41,990 nucleotides of DNA from positions 80,543,500 through 80,585,489 of the forward strand of contig NC_057718.1 in NCBI RefSeq assembly GCF_004010195.1, read 5' to 3'. The position numbers and the translations under genes were made by a program. Position 1 is the first letter of the stretch; each line of letters begins with the position of its first letter. The stretch is from Chiloscyllium plagiosum. Its lineage: Eukaryota. The notes below the pieces were generated by a model. The model saw only the letters and a list, made by a program, of their open reading frames with translations, was not told where the DNA came from and did no database searches. Below, piece by piece: positions 25,091 through 37,187 of this stretch.

Positions 25091-25734
25091 TCGTGACTGT
25101 TCATACAAATCAGCTGTGAATTCAGTAACAGCAATTATATGTAGTGAAGTAGTAATGGGGCTTGAAGTTCAGTAAGTTATTTTTAAAGCATTTCTTTTAA
25201 AACAGAAGCCAAAAATGCATTAACTGAATTGAAAACCTTTCTTGTTGTTCTGTAATGTTGCATACAGGGTGATGAGGTCTAGAATAGGTTAAGCACGTTT
25301 GAAAAGCACGATGTAATTGGATCAGGGTGCACAAATATAATGCAATTTATCATGCACTCTGCCTTAATTCAAACATTTGTATATCTACATTTATAATGGA
25401 AATTCCCTGTGTAAAGCTTGTAACTTGGTCATGATATCCCCTCGTTGGATGATTTTGGAAGTCATTTGAGGGTACAACACTGCAGTCTGTTTAACACAAA
25501 GATTTAATTGAAGTAAAGTTTAAGATGTCTGTGTACAGGTTGAGTGCCTCAAGATAGATGACTACTGCAGACTAGTACAGATATTTGTGCATAATTGCAT
25601 TTCAATCCAAAATGCCTCTGTTGGCACAAAGGAAAAGAAAAAAGGTATGCATCCTCATGTATATTTTAGTTGCCCAAGTTACCAACTGATACAATACGCA
25701 ACAAACTCTCTTAATGTTACGCATCCCTGTTGTT

Positions 25735-27030
25735 AACATAGGACATATAATAGGACACCACAGATACAGGTCCTTTGGCCCACATGTCTGTGCCAACAAT
25801 GTTGCTATTCTGAGCTAACCTAATTTGCCTGTGCATGGTCAGTCTCTGTCATTGTGTCTGTCTAAATGCTTCTTAAACATTTCTATTGTATCTGTTTCTA
25901 CCACTTCCCTGGCACAGCATTCCAGGCACCTGCTGCTCTCTGGTTAAAATTACTTGCCTCGCACATATCCCGGAAACTTTTCCTGTCTTGCCTTAAACGT
26001 ATGCCCTCTAGTATGACATTACCACCCTGACTATCCACTCTGTCGAGGTTTCTCATAATTTTATATACTTCTATCACATCACCCCTCAGCCTCTGATGTT
26101 TTAGCTTAAACAATCCAAATTTATTCAGCCTCTCCTTATAGCAAATGCACTCCAATCTAGTTAACTTATTTTGTATCCTCTCCGAAACCTCACATCCTTT
26201 CTATATTAAGGCTTCCAGAACTGCACACAATACTCCAAATGTGGCCTAACTAAAGTTTTATCCAATCACAATATGACTTGCAAACTTTTATCCTCAATGC
26301 CTAGACTAATAAAGGTAAGCATGCCATACTTCTTCTTTACCACGTTATTTACCACCTTATTTACTTGTGTTGACACTTTCATGGAAGTATGGATTTGCAC
26401 CCAAGGTCCCTCTGTATATCTGTATAGCCCTGCCATTTACTGTATGCTATCCTACTGCATTTGATCCCCAAAATGAATCATTTCACACATTCCTGGATAA
26501 AACTCCATCAGCCACTTCTCTGCCCAACTTTGCAACTGAGCTATATTCTGCTGTACCCTTTGACACCTTTCTTCACAACTCCACTCATGTTCATGTCATC
26601 AACAAACTTCCCAATCAGGCCACCTACATTTTTATCCAAATCATTCATATATATTGTAAACAACAGAGGTTCCAGCACTAATCCTTGTGGAATACCACTG
26701 GTCACAGACCTCAGGTCGGATAACCACCCCTCCACAACAAACCTCCATCTTCTATGACCAAGCCAATTTTGTTAAATGCCTGAAATGCTGTGCTTTTCTG
26801 AGTTCCAGCATCTGCAGTCCTCACTTTCTCCAAGCCAATTTTGTATCCAACTTACCAACACACCATGGATCCAATGTGACTTAAATTTCTGGAAGGACCT
26901 TGTAAAATCCATGTGATAACATCTACTGCCCTACCCTCATCAATCATCTTCATCACTACCTCAAAAAACTCAATAAAATTTGTGAGATATGACCTCCCCT
27001 GCAACAAAGCCATGCTGGCCTATCCCTACC
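25735..27030 (-). mobile_element. Degenerate CR1 LINE (RT and 3' end)
   Basis: SGIPQGLVLEPLLFTIYMNDLD, KFVDD, YKERLNKFGLF, RLRGDVIEVYKIM. Confidence 0.9.
26773..26829 (+). mobile_element. 57-bp PLE-terminus insertion with perfect 15-bp TSD
   Basis: CCAAGCCAATTTTGT at 26758-26772 and 26830-26844; the insert matches the tail at ~225-260. Confidence 0.85.
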
Positions 27031-28599
27031 ATGACTTCAATCTATTCTACAAAGGTCCTCAATTAATACAATTGCCACTTGAAGGGCCTCACATTGCGCT
27101 TACACAGATTCTGTGTGCTCAGACTGAAAAGTTGTTGTAATCACACAGCCACTTTTCATTTCCAGACTGCATTTCTGATTTACATGGGAAAGTTGCTGGC
27201 TGTTCATCTCAGTAATGTTGTCTTTATCAGAGACCATTTATCATGTCGTTATCAATTGTTTCTGTGTATTTCTATTTCTGTTGTTGGGTTGCTGTGGATC
27301 TCTGATTCTGATGATTGAGGTGCATTCACCTCTTCCTGATCAGTCTTCTGCAATTGAAGAACACCATCTGCATGTCCAGTCATTCATTTTCATCATGTAT
27401 GATCGAGGTAATAGTTGCTCCTAACAGTTAGCATTTGGGCAAGGTTTTATTGAGACCGTTGGATGGTTCAACTCTGACTCTGTGGAGGGCGGGAAAAATT
27501 TCTGGCTGTAAGCGCTGCTCCTTTTTTTTGAGGTATTTTAGGTGTTGGAGATGATTTCCTCGAATTCCAGGAGCAGCAATTACTATTTTATACGCTGTTG
27601 CATTGTTTTGCAACTTTGGAAAAAAAAGTCAAAACAACAGCAGTTTTAAAAGGGAAAAGAGCAGACAAAGCAAGCACATGGTGAGGACAGTGCAGGAGAC
27701 AGAGAGAGAGAACCTGCACAGTTACCGCCTTTGCTGTTTGAATTCGTGTATCGCTGGACATCAGAGTGCATCTGGGAAAATTAACAAACAGTGAAATTCA
27801 CAACTAATCTTGGAGGAACTGTTGGGCGAAGTTCACAGCACAGAAGCAGATAAGTTAATTGTCGTTTTAAGTCTGTCCAAGAGAAAGGCTGCAGTAGTGA
27901 GTACAATGGATTCTTTCTTGATTATATGTTTTTGGAGATAAGTCTGTTGATTAAACTTAAAATATAAGCCATAGCTATTAATTTAACCTGGGGCAGTGTT
28001 TGTAGAGGAATAAGACGGTGTTATTTTTCTGAGTCTGTACATTGTGAAGGAGCAAAAATAGCCTTTACAGTGATATGGACTTGTTGTCAGATGTGGGAGT
28101 TTAAAGAGAGTTTAAGGGTTACTGCGGATTATATCTGCCATAAATGCTGATACAGGAAGGGGGAAAGTCTCAGATACAGTCACATAGACGGGTTAACTCC
28201 AGGAAGGGTAAGAGAGGTAGGCAGCTAGTGCAGGAGTCTTTTGTGGATATACCCATTTCTGTGTGTGTTGTTTCCCTGGTGCCAGGATCAAGGATGTCTC
28301 AGAGAGGGTGCAGAATGTTCTCACAGGGGAGAGGGGCCAGCAGGAGGTCATTATCCACATTGGAACCAACGACAGTGGAAGGGAAAAGGTTGAGACTCTG
28401 AAGGGAGATTACAGAGAGTTAGGCAGAAATTTAAAAAGGAGGTCCTCAAGGGTAGTAATATCTGGATTACTCCCAGTGTTATGAGCTAGTGAGGGCAGGA
28501 ATAGGAGGATAGAGCAGATGAATGCTTGGCTGAGGAGCTGGTGTATGGGAGAAGGATTCACATTTTTGGATCATTGGAACCTCTTCTGGGGTAGAAGTG

Positions 28600-28980
28600 N
28601 NNNNNNNNNNNNNNNNNNNNNNNNNNNNNNNNNNNNNNNNNNNNNNNNNNNNNNNNNNNNNNNNNNNNNNNNNNNNNNNNNNNNNNNNNNNNNNNNNNNN
28701 NNNNNNNNNNNNNNNNNNNNNNNNNNNNNNNNNNNNNNNNNNNNNNNNNNNNNNNNNNNNNNNNNNNNNNNNNNNNNNNNNNNNNNNNNNNNNNNNNNNN
28801 NNNNNNNNNNNNNNNNNNNNNNNNNNNNNNNNNNNNNNNNNNNNNNNNNNNNNNNNNNNNNNNNNNNNNNNNNNNNNNNNNNNNNNNNNNNNNNNNNNNN
28901 NNNNNNNNNNNNNNNNNNNNNNNNNNNNNNNNNNNNNNNNNNNNNNNNNNNNNNNNNNNNNNNNNNNNNNNNNNNNNNNN
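28600..28980. other. Assembly gap
   Basis: Run of N. Confidence 1.
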
Positions 28981-30459
28981 AGGTCCTCAAGGGTAGTAAT
29001 ATCTGGATTACTCCCAGTGTTATGAGCTAGTGAGGGCAGAAATAGGAGGATAGAGCAGATGAATGCTTGGCTAAGGAGCTGGTGTATGGGAGAAGGATTC
29101 ACATTTTGGATCATTGGAATCTCTTTTGGGGTAGAAGTGACCTGTACAAGAAGGACGGATTGCACCTAAATTGGAAGGCGACTAATATACTGGCAGGGAA
29201 ATTTGCTAGAACTACTTGGGAGGATTTAAACTAGTAAGGTGGGGGGTGGGACCCAGGGAGATAGTGAGGAAAGATATCGATCTGAGATGGGTACAGCTGA
29301 GAACAGAAGTGAGTCAATCAGTCAGAGCAGGCAGGGACAAGGTAGGACTAATAAAGTGAACTGCATTTATTTCAATGCAAGGGGCCTAACAGGGAAGGCA
29401 TATGAACTCAGGGCATGGTTAGCAACATGGGACTGGGATATCATAGCAATTACGGAAACATGGCTCAGGGATGGACAGGACTGGCAGCTTAATGTTCCAG
29501 AATACAAATGCTACAAGAAGGATAGAAAGGGAGGCAAGAGAGGAGGGGGAGTGGCATTTTTGATAAGGGATAGCATTACAGCTGTGCCAAGGGAGGATAT
29601 TCTTGGAAATACATCCAGGGAAGTTATTTGGGTGGAACAGAGAAATAAGAAAGGGATGATCACCTTATTGGGATTGTATTATAGACCACCCAATAGTAAG
29701 AGGGAAATTGAGGAACAAACTTGGAAGGAGATCTCAGCTATCTGTAATAATAGGGTACTTATGGTAGGGAATTTTAACTTTCCAAACATTGACTGGGATT
29801 GCCATAGTGTTAAAGGTTTAGATGGAGAGGAATTTCTTTAGTGTGCACAAGACAATTTTCTGAATCATTATGTGGATGTACCTACTAGAAAAGGTGCAAA
29901 ACTTGACCTACTCTTGGGAAATAAGGCAGAGAAGGTGACTTAGGTGTCAGAGGGGGAGCACTTTGGGGCCAGCGACCATAATTCTATTCATTTTAAAATA
30001 GTGATGGAAAAGGATAGACCAGATCTAAAAGTTGAAGTTCAAAATTGGAGAAAGGCCAATTTTGACGATATTAGAAAAGCTGATTGGAGGCAGATGTTCG
30101 CAGGTAAGGGGACGGCTGGAAAATGGGAAGCCTCCAGAAATGAGATAACAAGAATCCAGAGAAAGTATATTCCTATCAGGGTGAAAGGGAAGTCTGGTAG
30201 GTATAGGGAATGCTGGATGACTAAAGAAATTGAGGGATAGATTGAGTGAATCCTTAGAAGAGTATAAAGAAAGTAGGAATATACTTAAGAGAGAAATCAG
30301 GAGGGCAAAATGGGGACATGAGATAACGTTGGCAAATGCAATTAAGGAGAATCCAAAGGGTTTTTACAAATATATTAAGGACAAAAGGGTAACTAGGGAG
30401 AGAATAGGGCCCCTCAAAGATCAGCAAGGCGACCTTTGTGTGGAGCCACAGAAAATGGG

Positions 30460-30767
30460 NNNNNNNNNNNNNNNNNNNNNNNNNNNNNNNNNNNNNNNNN
30501 NNNNNNNNNNNNNNNNNNNNNNNNNNNNNNNNNNNNNNNNNNNNNNNNNNNNNNNNNNNNNNNNNNNNNNNNNNNNNNNNNNNNNNNNNNNNNNNNNNNN
30601 NNNNNNNNNNNNNNNNNNNNNNNNNNNNNNNNNNNNNNNNNNNNNNNNNNNNNNNNNNNNNNNNNNNNNNNNNNNNNNNNNNNNNNNNNNNNNNNNNNNN
30701 NNNNNNNNNNNNNNNNNNNNNNNNNNNNNNNNNNNNNNNNNNNNNNNNNNNNNNNNNNNNNNNNNNN
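30460..30767. other. Assembly gap
   Basis: Run of N. Confidence 1.
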
Positions 30768-31809
30768 TCCCCATGGGAGACTGATTAGCAAGGCTAGATC
30801 TCATGGAATACAGGGAGGACTAGCCATTTGGATACAGAACTGGCTCAAAGGTAGAAGACAGAGGGTGGTGGTGGAGGGTTGTTTTTCATTCTGGAGGCCT
30901 GTGACCAGTGGAATGCCACAAGGATCGGTGCTGGGCCCTCTACGTTTTGTCTACATAAATGATTTGGAGCGAGCATAAGTTTGCAGATGACACCAAAATT
31001 GGAGGTGTAGTGGACAGCGAAGAGAGTTACCTCAGATTACAACAGGATCTGGACCAGATGGGCCAATGGGCAGAGAAGTGGTGGATGGAGTTTAATTCAG
31101 ATAAATGCGAGGTGCTGCATTTTGGGAAAGCAAATCTTAGCAGGACTTATACACTTAATGGTAAGGTCCTAGGGAGTGTTGCTGAAGGAAGAGACCTTAG
31201 AGTGCAGGTTCATAGTTCCTTGCAGCACGGTGTGTTGTTTCCCTGGTGCCAGGATCAAGGATGCCAGAGAGGGTGCAGAACCCGTCCAAGGATGCCAGAG
31301 AGGGTGCAGAATGTTCTCACGGGGGAGAGGGGCCAGCAGGAGGTCATTGTCCACATTGGAACCAACGACGTTGGAAGAGAAACGGTTGAGACTCTGAAGG
31401 GAGATTACAGAGAGTTCAGCAGAAATATAAAAAGGAGGTCCTCAAGGGTAGTAATATCTGGATTACTCCCAGTGAGGGCAGGAATAGGAGGATAGAGCAG
31501 ATGAATGCTTGGCATAGGTTTAGGGTGAGAGGGGAAAGATATAAAAGAGATCTGTGCGACAACGTTTTCACACGGAGGGCGGTATGTGTATGGAAGCAGC
31601 TGCCAGAGGAAGTGGTGGAGGCTGGTACAATTGCAACATTTAAAAGCCAATTGGATAGGTATATGAATAGGAAGGGTTTAGAGGGATATGGGCCGGGTGC
31701 TGGCAGCTGGGACTAGATTGGGTTGGGATATCTGGTCGGCATGGACGGGTTGGACCGAAGGGTCTATTTCCATGCTATACATCTCTATGACTCTATGACC
31801 TAACTCTGA

Positions 31810-32302
31810 TTTGGAGATGCCGGTGTTGGACTGGGGTGTACAAAGTTAAAATCACACAACACCAGGTTATAGTCCAACATGTTTAATTGGAAGCACACTA
31901 GCTTTCAGAGCGTCATTCCTTCATCAGGTGATAGTGGAGGGCTCAATCCTAACACACAGAATTTATCGTAAAAATTTACAGTGTGATGTAACTGAAATTA
32001 TACATTGAAAAGTTGATTGTTAAGTCTTTCATCTGTTTGAATACAATGATAGTTTCACTTCTTTCATGTGTAAATCACAAAACCTTTTTTTAAAACTTGC
32101 AAATCAGGTTAGCTGTTAACAATGGGTGATAGCTAGACAATATGTTGAAGGTGTTGGCCCACTGTGTTCTCTGTCTATGCCATGATGTTTAGATTGATTC
32201 TAATCTAAAAAATGAGATAGCAGAGTTTTACATGAATGCATGCAGTTTTTGAGCAAAGTACAATGTAACCCTGCATTGTACTTTGCTCAAAAACTGCATG
32301 CA
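31810..32302 (-). mobile_element. PLE 3' terminal fragment, ending in a 29-bp perfect hairpin
   Basis: 31810-31935 similar to 6344-6460 and antisense to 33960-34087. Confidence 0.8.
31896..31930 (-). ncRNA. Minimal hammerhead ribozyme motif
   Basis: Minus strand: cac-CTGATGA-A-GGAAT gac GCTCT-GAAA-G-CTA-gtg; stem I cac/gtg; palindromic AGCT. Confidence 0.7.
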
Positions 32303-32304
32303 AT

Positions 32305-33220
32305 ATCACTGGTAGTCATTGAACCTTCCTCCTAACAGTCCACTGTGACAACGTAGTCAGTTCCTGTGAGTGCAAAGAGATCTGCTCCCAATTTCATCTA
32401 TAATCTGTCTGGATATTATGTATCATCACTGGCTCTATGGCTTGCTCAGCTTGATACTGACTGAAAGCACTGCGCTAGCTAATGTGGTCCTTAATTTTGT
32501 TGCTCATGTTTAGCCAGCTGATCACATGGGACACATCTCTTGCCTTCTCAGACTTGTTTAATTCCTTGGTGGCTTGTTGCACATTGCCATATCGCCTCTC
32601 AACTTCCTTTGTACAATATGCCATCTTTATATGCCAATGTACTGTTCTAGCAACAGATATGTCCTTGATTCTCTCTGGACATCCTACTTTGTTGGATGGC
32701 TTTCTTCATTTGACCAAGGCGCTTGTCTCATGTATTTACTCTTTGTTGGGCTGATGACTTGCAGAGCATGCCAAGGTGCTGATTCACATTGAATCTGGAA
32801 TATTTCCATTGTAGTAAATTCTACTTTCTTTAATTTTGAGGGTGGGGGGGGGTTGCTCTCGACAGCATGTTTGCAATATGCATCTACTCTTCCTTTGCCT
32901 GACATCCAAATAATATTTCTGCAACTGAGGTACCATTCTTTGGAGCTGCTTTAGAACAAACAGTAGAAGTTTGAGGAAAATGCTTCAAATTGGCTTGTGG
33001 TCAGACTCAATTGTCACTTTGTTTTTTCCATGTAAATATTGATGAAAATATTCACAAGCAAAGGCAATGACTAGGCATATTGCTCAGTCTCGGCACAACT
33101 GTTTGTGTTATCACCTTGGATGCGAGTGTGACCAGTTGACCGAGCTGCATGAGGATTGCTTCAAATCCTGTCTCACTGGCATCACACTGGTGTTACCACC
33201 TATATCGCAGTATTGGACTT
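32305..33220 (-). mobile_element. Decayed Gypsy pol (integrase region)
   Basis: Minus strand: KARDV...WLNMSNKIKDHIS and MKLGADLFALTGTDYVVTVD; the distal boundary is uncertain. Confidence 0.6.
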
Positions 33221-33224
33221 CGAA

Positions 33225-34087
33225 CTTCGGACTGTGTCAATGCAGAGTTGCCGAGCAAAGGATAATAGCCAAGTTCGGAACCCATGAGCACAGCCTCAAC
33301 TGGTATCTTGGGTTCATGTCACACTACAGGTGACCCCCATTACACTATACACTCTTGCACATGATCGCACTCACACAGACTCTCTCTCATACATACGCCT
33401 TCTCTCTCATGCACACACTCTCACGCACACCCTCTCACAGGCATGTACTCCGTCACACACGCACACTCACGAACACGCTCATATGCACACACACACACAC
33501 GCTCGCACAGTCTCTCCATCTCTCCCACATACACACACAAATGCGCTTTCTCCCACACACAGACATCTGCATTTGCAGATTTGTCTTTGCATATACATTC
33601 TATTTTTTTCAAAAAGCACCCAATCTGTAAGCAATCAGTCCATATGACATTTTAATAATTCCTCCTTTGGAAATAGCACCAGTCTGACTCAAGATTGGGA
33701 TACAGACAGACTCTCGCCTCATATCTTTAATTCGTTGTCTGAGCTGACATGTCACCTTTTTATACTGATAAACCTTAAGTTATCTCGGGGTTGTGACTTG
33801 AAGAAGTTCTGGGATTTACGTATTAATCAATCAAAACCTGCATCCCCATTCAAAATGATTAAAGACTTAACAGCAATCTAGGTTTGTTCAATACATTACA
33901 TCAGTTGTATGACACAATGATCTTTTTTTATAAATTCTGAGTCCTATGATCCTACCCCACTAGCGACCTGAAGAAAAAGCAACACTTCAAAAACTTGTAC
34001 TTTCAAACAAACCTGTTGGACTATAACCAGTTGCTGTGTGATTTTTAACTTGGTCCACCCCAGTCCAACACCAACACCTCCACATTA
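33225..34087 (+). mobile_element. 5'-truncated Penelope-like element
   Basis: RVAEQRIIAKFGTHEHSLNWYLGFMSHYR*, CA-rich tract 33345-33560, decayed hammerhead CTGAAGA at 33968; same family as 6344-7477. Confidence 0.85.
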
Positions 34088-34730
34088 TTGCAGCATATCA
34101 CCATACCCTCTATTTCCTTTCTGTATTTTGACTCAGCATTTTTAGATATCCGTCCTACTACAGTGGTGTAATCAGCGAACTTATAGATGGCATTCATTTG
34201 GAATTTGGCAACACAATCTTGGGTATACAGGGAGTAAGTAGGGGCTGAAGACACATCCTTGGGAGGGGCTCCAGTGTTGAGTGTTGTTACGGAGGAGGTG
34301 CATTTACCTATCTTCACTGATTACGGTCTGTGGGTCAGAAATCTGAGGATCCACTTGGATGGCAGAGACGAAACCAAAGTCGCAGAGTTTTGAGATCAGT
34401 CTGGAGGGGATAATGGTGTTGAAGGCAGAGCTGTAGTCATTTAGCAGGAGTCTGACATAGGTGTCCTTGTCGCCCCAATGCTCCAGGGAGAGAGCAGAGC
34501 TGTGGATGTGGCAATCTCTTTGGACCTGTTACACCAGTAGGCACATTGTATGGGATTGAGGCTGGCTGCGAGTCTAGGGTTGATGTTGGCCATGACCAGC
34601 CTCTCTAAGCATTTCATGATTCTTGAGGTCACAACTGCTGGGCGGTAGTCATTAAGGCAAATTGCATGTGCTTTCTTGGGTATGGGGGTAATGATGGTGG
34701 TTTACTTAAAGCAGGTAGGGACTATGGCTT
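34088..34730 (-). mobile_element. Rex1/Babar-type RT fragment
   Basis: TSRIMKCLERLV, LNTGAP, SLYTQDCVA, YKFADYTTVVGRI. Confidence 0.85.
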
Positions 34731-34734
34731 GTAA

Positions 34735-35705
34735 ATACAGGTGGTAATGGTGGGGGATTTTAACTTTCCAAAGGTAGACTGGGACTGCCATAGTGTTAAG
34801 AGCTTGGATGGAGAAGAATTTAAGTAAAAGAACATTCAGTGTGCGATTTAGTATGTGGATGTGCCTGTCAGAGAAGGAGCAAAACTTGACCTACTGTTGG
34901 GAAATAAGGCAAAACAGGTGACTGAGGTGTCAATGGGGAAGCGTTTTGGGGCCAGTAATCATAATTTTATTAGTTGCAATATAGTGATGGAAAATGATAG
35001 ATCAGATCTAAAAGTTAAAGTTCTTAAATTGGAGGAAAGCCAATTTTGCCGATATTAGACAAGAACTTTCAAAAGATGATTGGGGGAGGATATTTGCAGG
35101 TAAAGGGGTGGATGGAAAGTGGGAAGCCTTCAAAAATGAGATAAGAAGAGTCCAAAGACAGTATGTTCCTGTTAGGATGAACAGTAAGGCTGGTAGTTGA
35201 GGGAAATGCTGGATGACTAGAGAAATTCAGGTTTTGGTCAAGAAAAAGAAGGAAGCATATTTTAGGTATAGACGGTAGGGATCGAGTGAATCCCTAGAAG
35301 TGTATAAAGGCAGCAGAAATATTCTTAAGAGCAAAAAGCAATTTGGTAAATAGGGTTCAGGAGGATATGAAAAGATTCTACAATTACATTAAGGACAAAA
35401 GAGTAACTTGGGAGGGAATAGGGCCCCTTAAGGATCAGCAAAGCCACCTATATGTGGAATCTCAGTAGATGGAGGGATACTAAATGTGTGTTTTGCATCA
35501 GTGTTTACTGTGGAAAAGAATATGGAAGCAGAGAACTTGGCAAAATAAATAGCAACGTCTTGATAAATGTCCACATGACAGAGGAGGAGGTGCTGGATGT
35601 CTCAAAATGTATAAAGGTGGATAAATCCCCAAGACCTGATCAGATATAGCTAGAACTTTGTGGGAAGCTAGTGACGTGATTGCTGGGCCCCTTGATGAGA
35701 TTTGT
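34735..35705 (+). mobile_element. CR1 fragment (APE C-terminus and linker)
   Basis: GDFNFPKVDWD, LDLLLGN, GASNHN, IKVDKSPRPD; similar to 29750-30450. Confidence 0.9.
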
Positions 35706-35999
35706 AAACCTTGTCTGATCTGTTTCCAACATGTATACATCCTCCCTTAAGTGAAGAGACTAATACTGTGCACATATTGCAGATGTGGTCTCACCAATGC
35801 CCTGACAATTCACAAGCAGAGAGCTTTATGCAGAGCTTGGCATCCACCCTTAATCTGCAAAGTAATATTTGGCATCTCCTATATAGTGCCTGTGCACACA
35901 ACTATGATCCAAAATCTGGTGATGGAGGTCTCAGTTTTCACTGCAGCACAAGCAGCAGCCAGTCAATATCTCAATGTCACACGGGAAACTCAAGACAGT

Positions 36000-36272
36000 C
36001 TCAGCTGTGGTTCAGTTGGTAATGGTGTAGTCTGAGTTACAAGCATTTCTAGACTTGAGAATAAAATCAATACTAATATTCTAGTTCAATATTGAAGGAG
36101 TAGGGGATAATCAGAGATGTTGTCTTTTGGATAAGACTTTAAACCAAGGCTCCTCAGGGAGACGTGAAAATTCTACTGCATTTTTCTGAAGAAGATCAAG
36201 GACAATATGTCTTGCATCTTGCCAATATTTATCCCTCAGTCTACATTTCAAAACAGATTATCTGGTCATATA
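36000..36272 (+). mobile_element. Deu-domain SINE (SacSINE1/AmnSINE1-like)
   Basis: ttttggataagactttaaaccaagg ... gaagaag ... gccaatatttatccctca ... aaaacagattatctggtcat, recognised from memory of the Deu domain. Confidence 0.65.
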
Positions 36273-36286
36273 GTTCTGGGAGTTTT

Positions 36287-36481
36287 AATCATAGAATTCC
36301 TAGAGTGTGGAAACAAACCATTCGACCCAATAAGTCCACACTGACCCTGTGAAGAGCATCCCATCCAGACCCTATCCCTGTAACCCTGTATTTCCCGTGG
36401 CTAATGTATGTAACCTACACATCCCTGGAGACTATGGGCAATGTAGCATGGCCAATTCACTTAACGTGCACATATTTGGAC
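36287..36481 (-). mobile_element. HE1-like (V-domain) shark SINE fragment with CR1-type tail
   Basis: Minus strand gtgcacgttaagtgaattggccatgctacattgccc; tail ...ctctaggaattctatga. Confidence 0.7.
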
Positions 36482-36894
36482 TTAGGTAGGCATGGGAGGT
36501 GATATGTGGACTCTGTTGGACAGCTGAGCAAAGTTCAACAGTGAGTGAATAGAGAGGTGACAACTGAACTTTTGCAGTCCAAGGTGGTAGGAAGTGTGTC
36601 AAATAAGCTAAAAAATTGATTGTCATAATCTGCTCACTCTGCACACCTCTGGGGCACATACAACAGGTATGCAATACAGGTCTAACCAGAAACTGCTAGA
36701 AGCATTCTTAATTTTTTTTTCAGGCCTCCAATTGCTCTGACACCAGTACTGACATGGAACTCAATTTTATGGTTGTAGTAGGTAGACTGGGATAAGGGTG
36801 CAATTACACTCTATGGTCCAATCTCTTGTTATAGTTTTATGGGCTATCCCCTAGACAAATACAAATTCTTTACTTTTATCGAATTGACAGCAAC

Positions 36895-37032
36895 CAGTAG
36901 TTACTGGAGCTTATATAATATCAGATGTAAAGTCATCCTTTTGAATCTTTTGTTGCATTCAGTAGTTACTGGACTTTATATAATGCTGGATATAAAATCA
37001 TCCAGTTGAACCTTTCGTTGCATCAGTGGTTA
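36895..37032 (+). repeat. Two-copy ~65-bp tandem repeat
   Basis: Units start CAGTAGTTACTGGA at 36895 and 36960; partial third at 37024. Confidence 0.85.
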
Positions 37033-37187
37033 GGCAGGTGCAGATAATGGTCACATAATTGCCTAGTTGGTCAGCAGGGTGGGATTGGTAAATTAGTGTT
37101 CAACAGCTGCACGAGTATTCAGGTTAATGTGGTGGAGAAGGATCACATTTGAACTAATCTCTTAGTGCAGAGGAATTATTTGAACAC

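Larger units (their letters stand above)
27478..31800 (+). mobile_element. Near full-length but rearranged CR1 LINE (5' UTR, ORF1 esterase, AP endonuclease, RT, 3' tail)
   Basis: ORF1 [74 protein letters not shown]; (ctctatga)x2 tail; possible TSD AACTCTGA at 27470-27477 / 31802-31809. Confidence 0.92.

Noticed and set aside
27040..27470. Possible continuation of the Gypsy at 32305-33220
   Set aside because: No convincing protein motif could be read; left unassigned
28479..30978. Long ORFs containing X runs
   Set aside because: Artefacts of translating through N-gaps
33330..33655. His/Thr-rich ORFs here and at 6817-7115
   Set aside because: Translations of CA/TG-rich tracts inside PLE 3' regions
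36895..37032. CRISPR-like array
   Set aside because: Only two adjacent units, no spacers, vertebrate context
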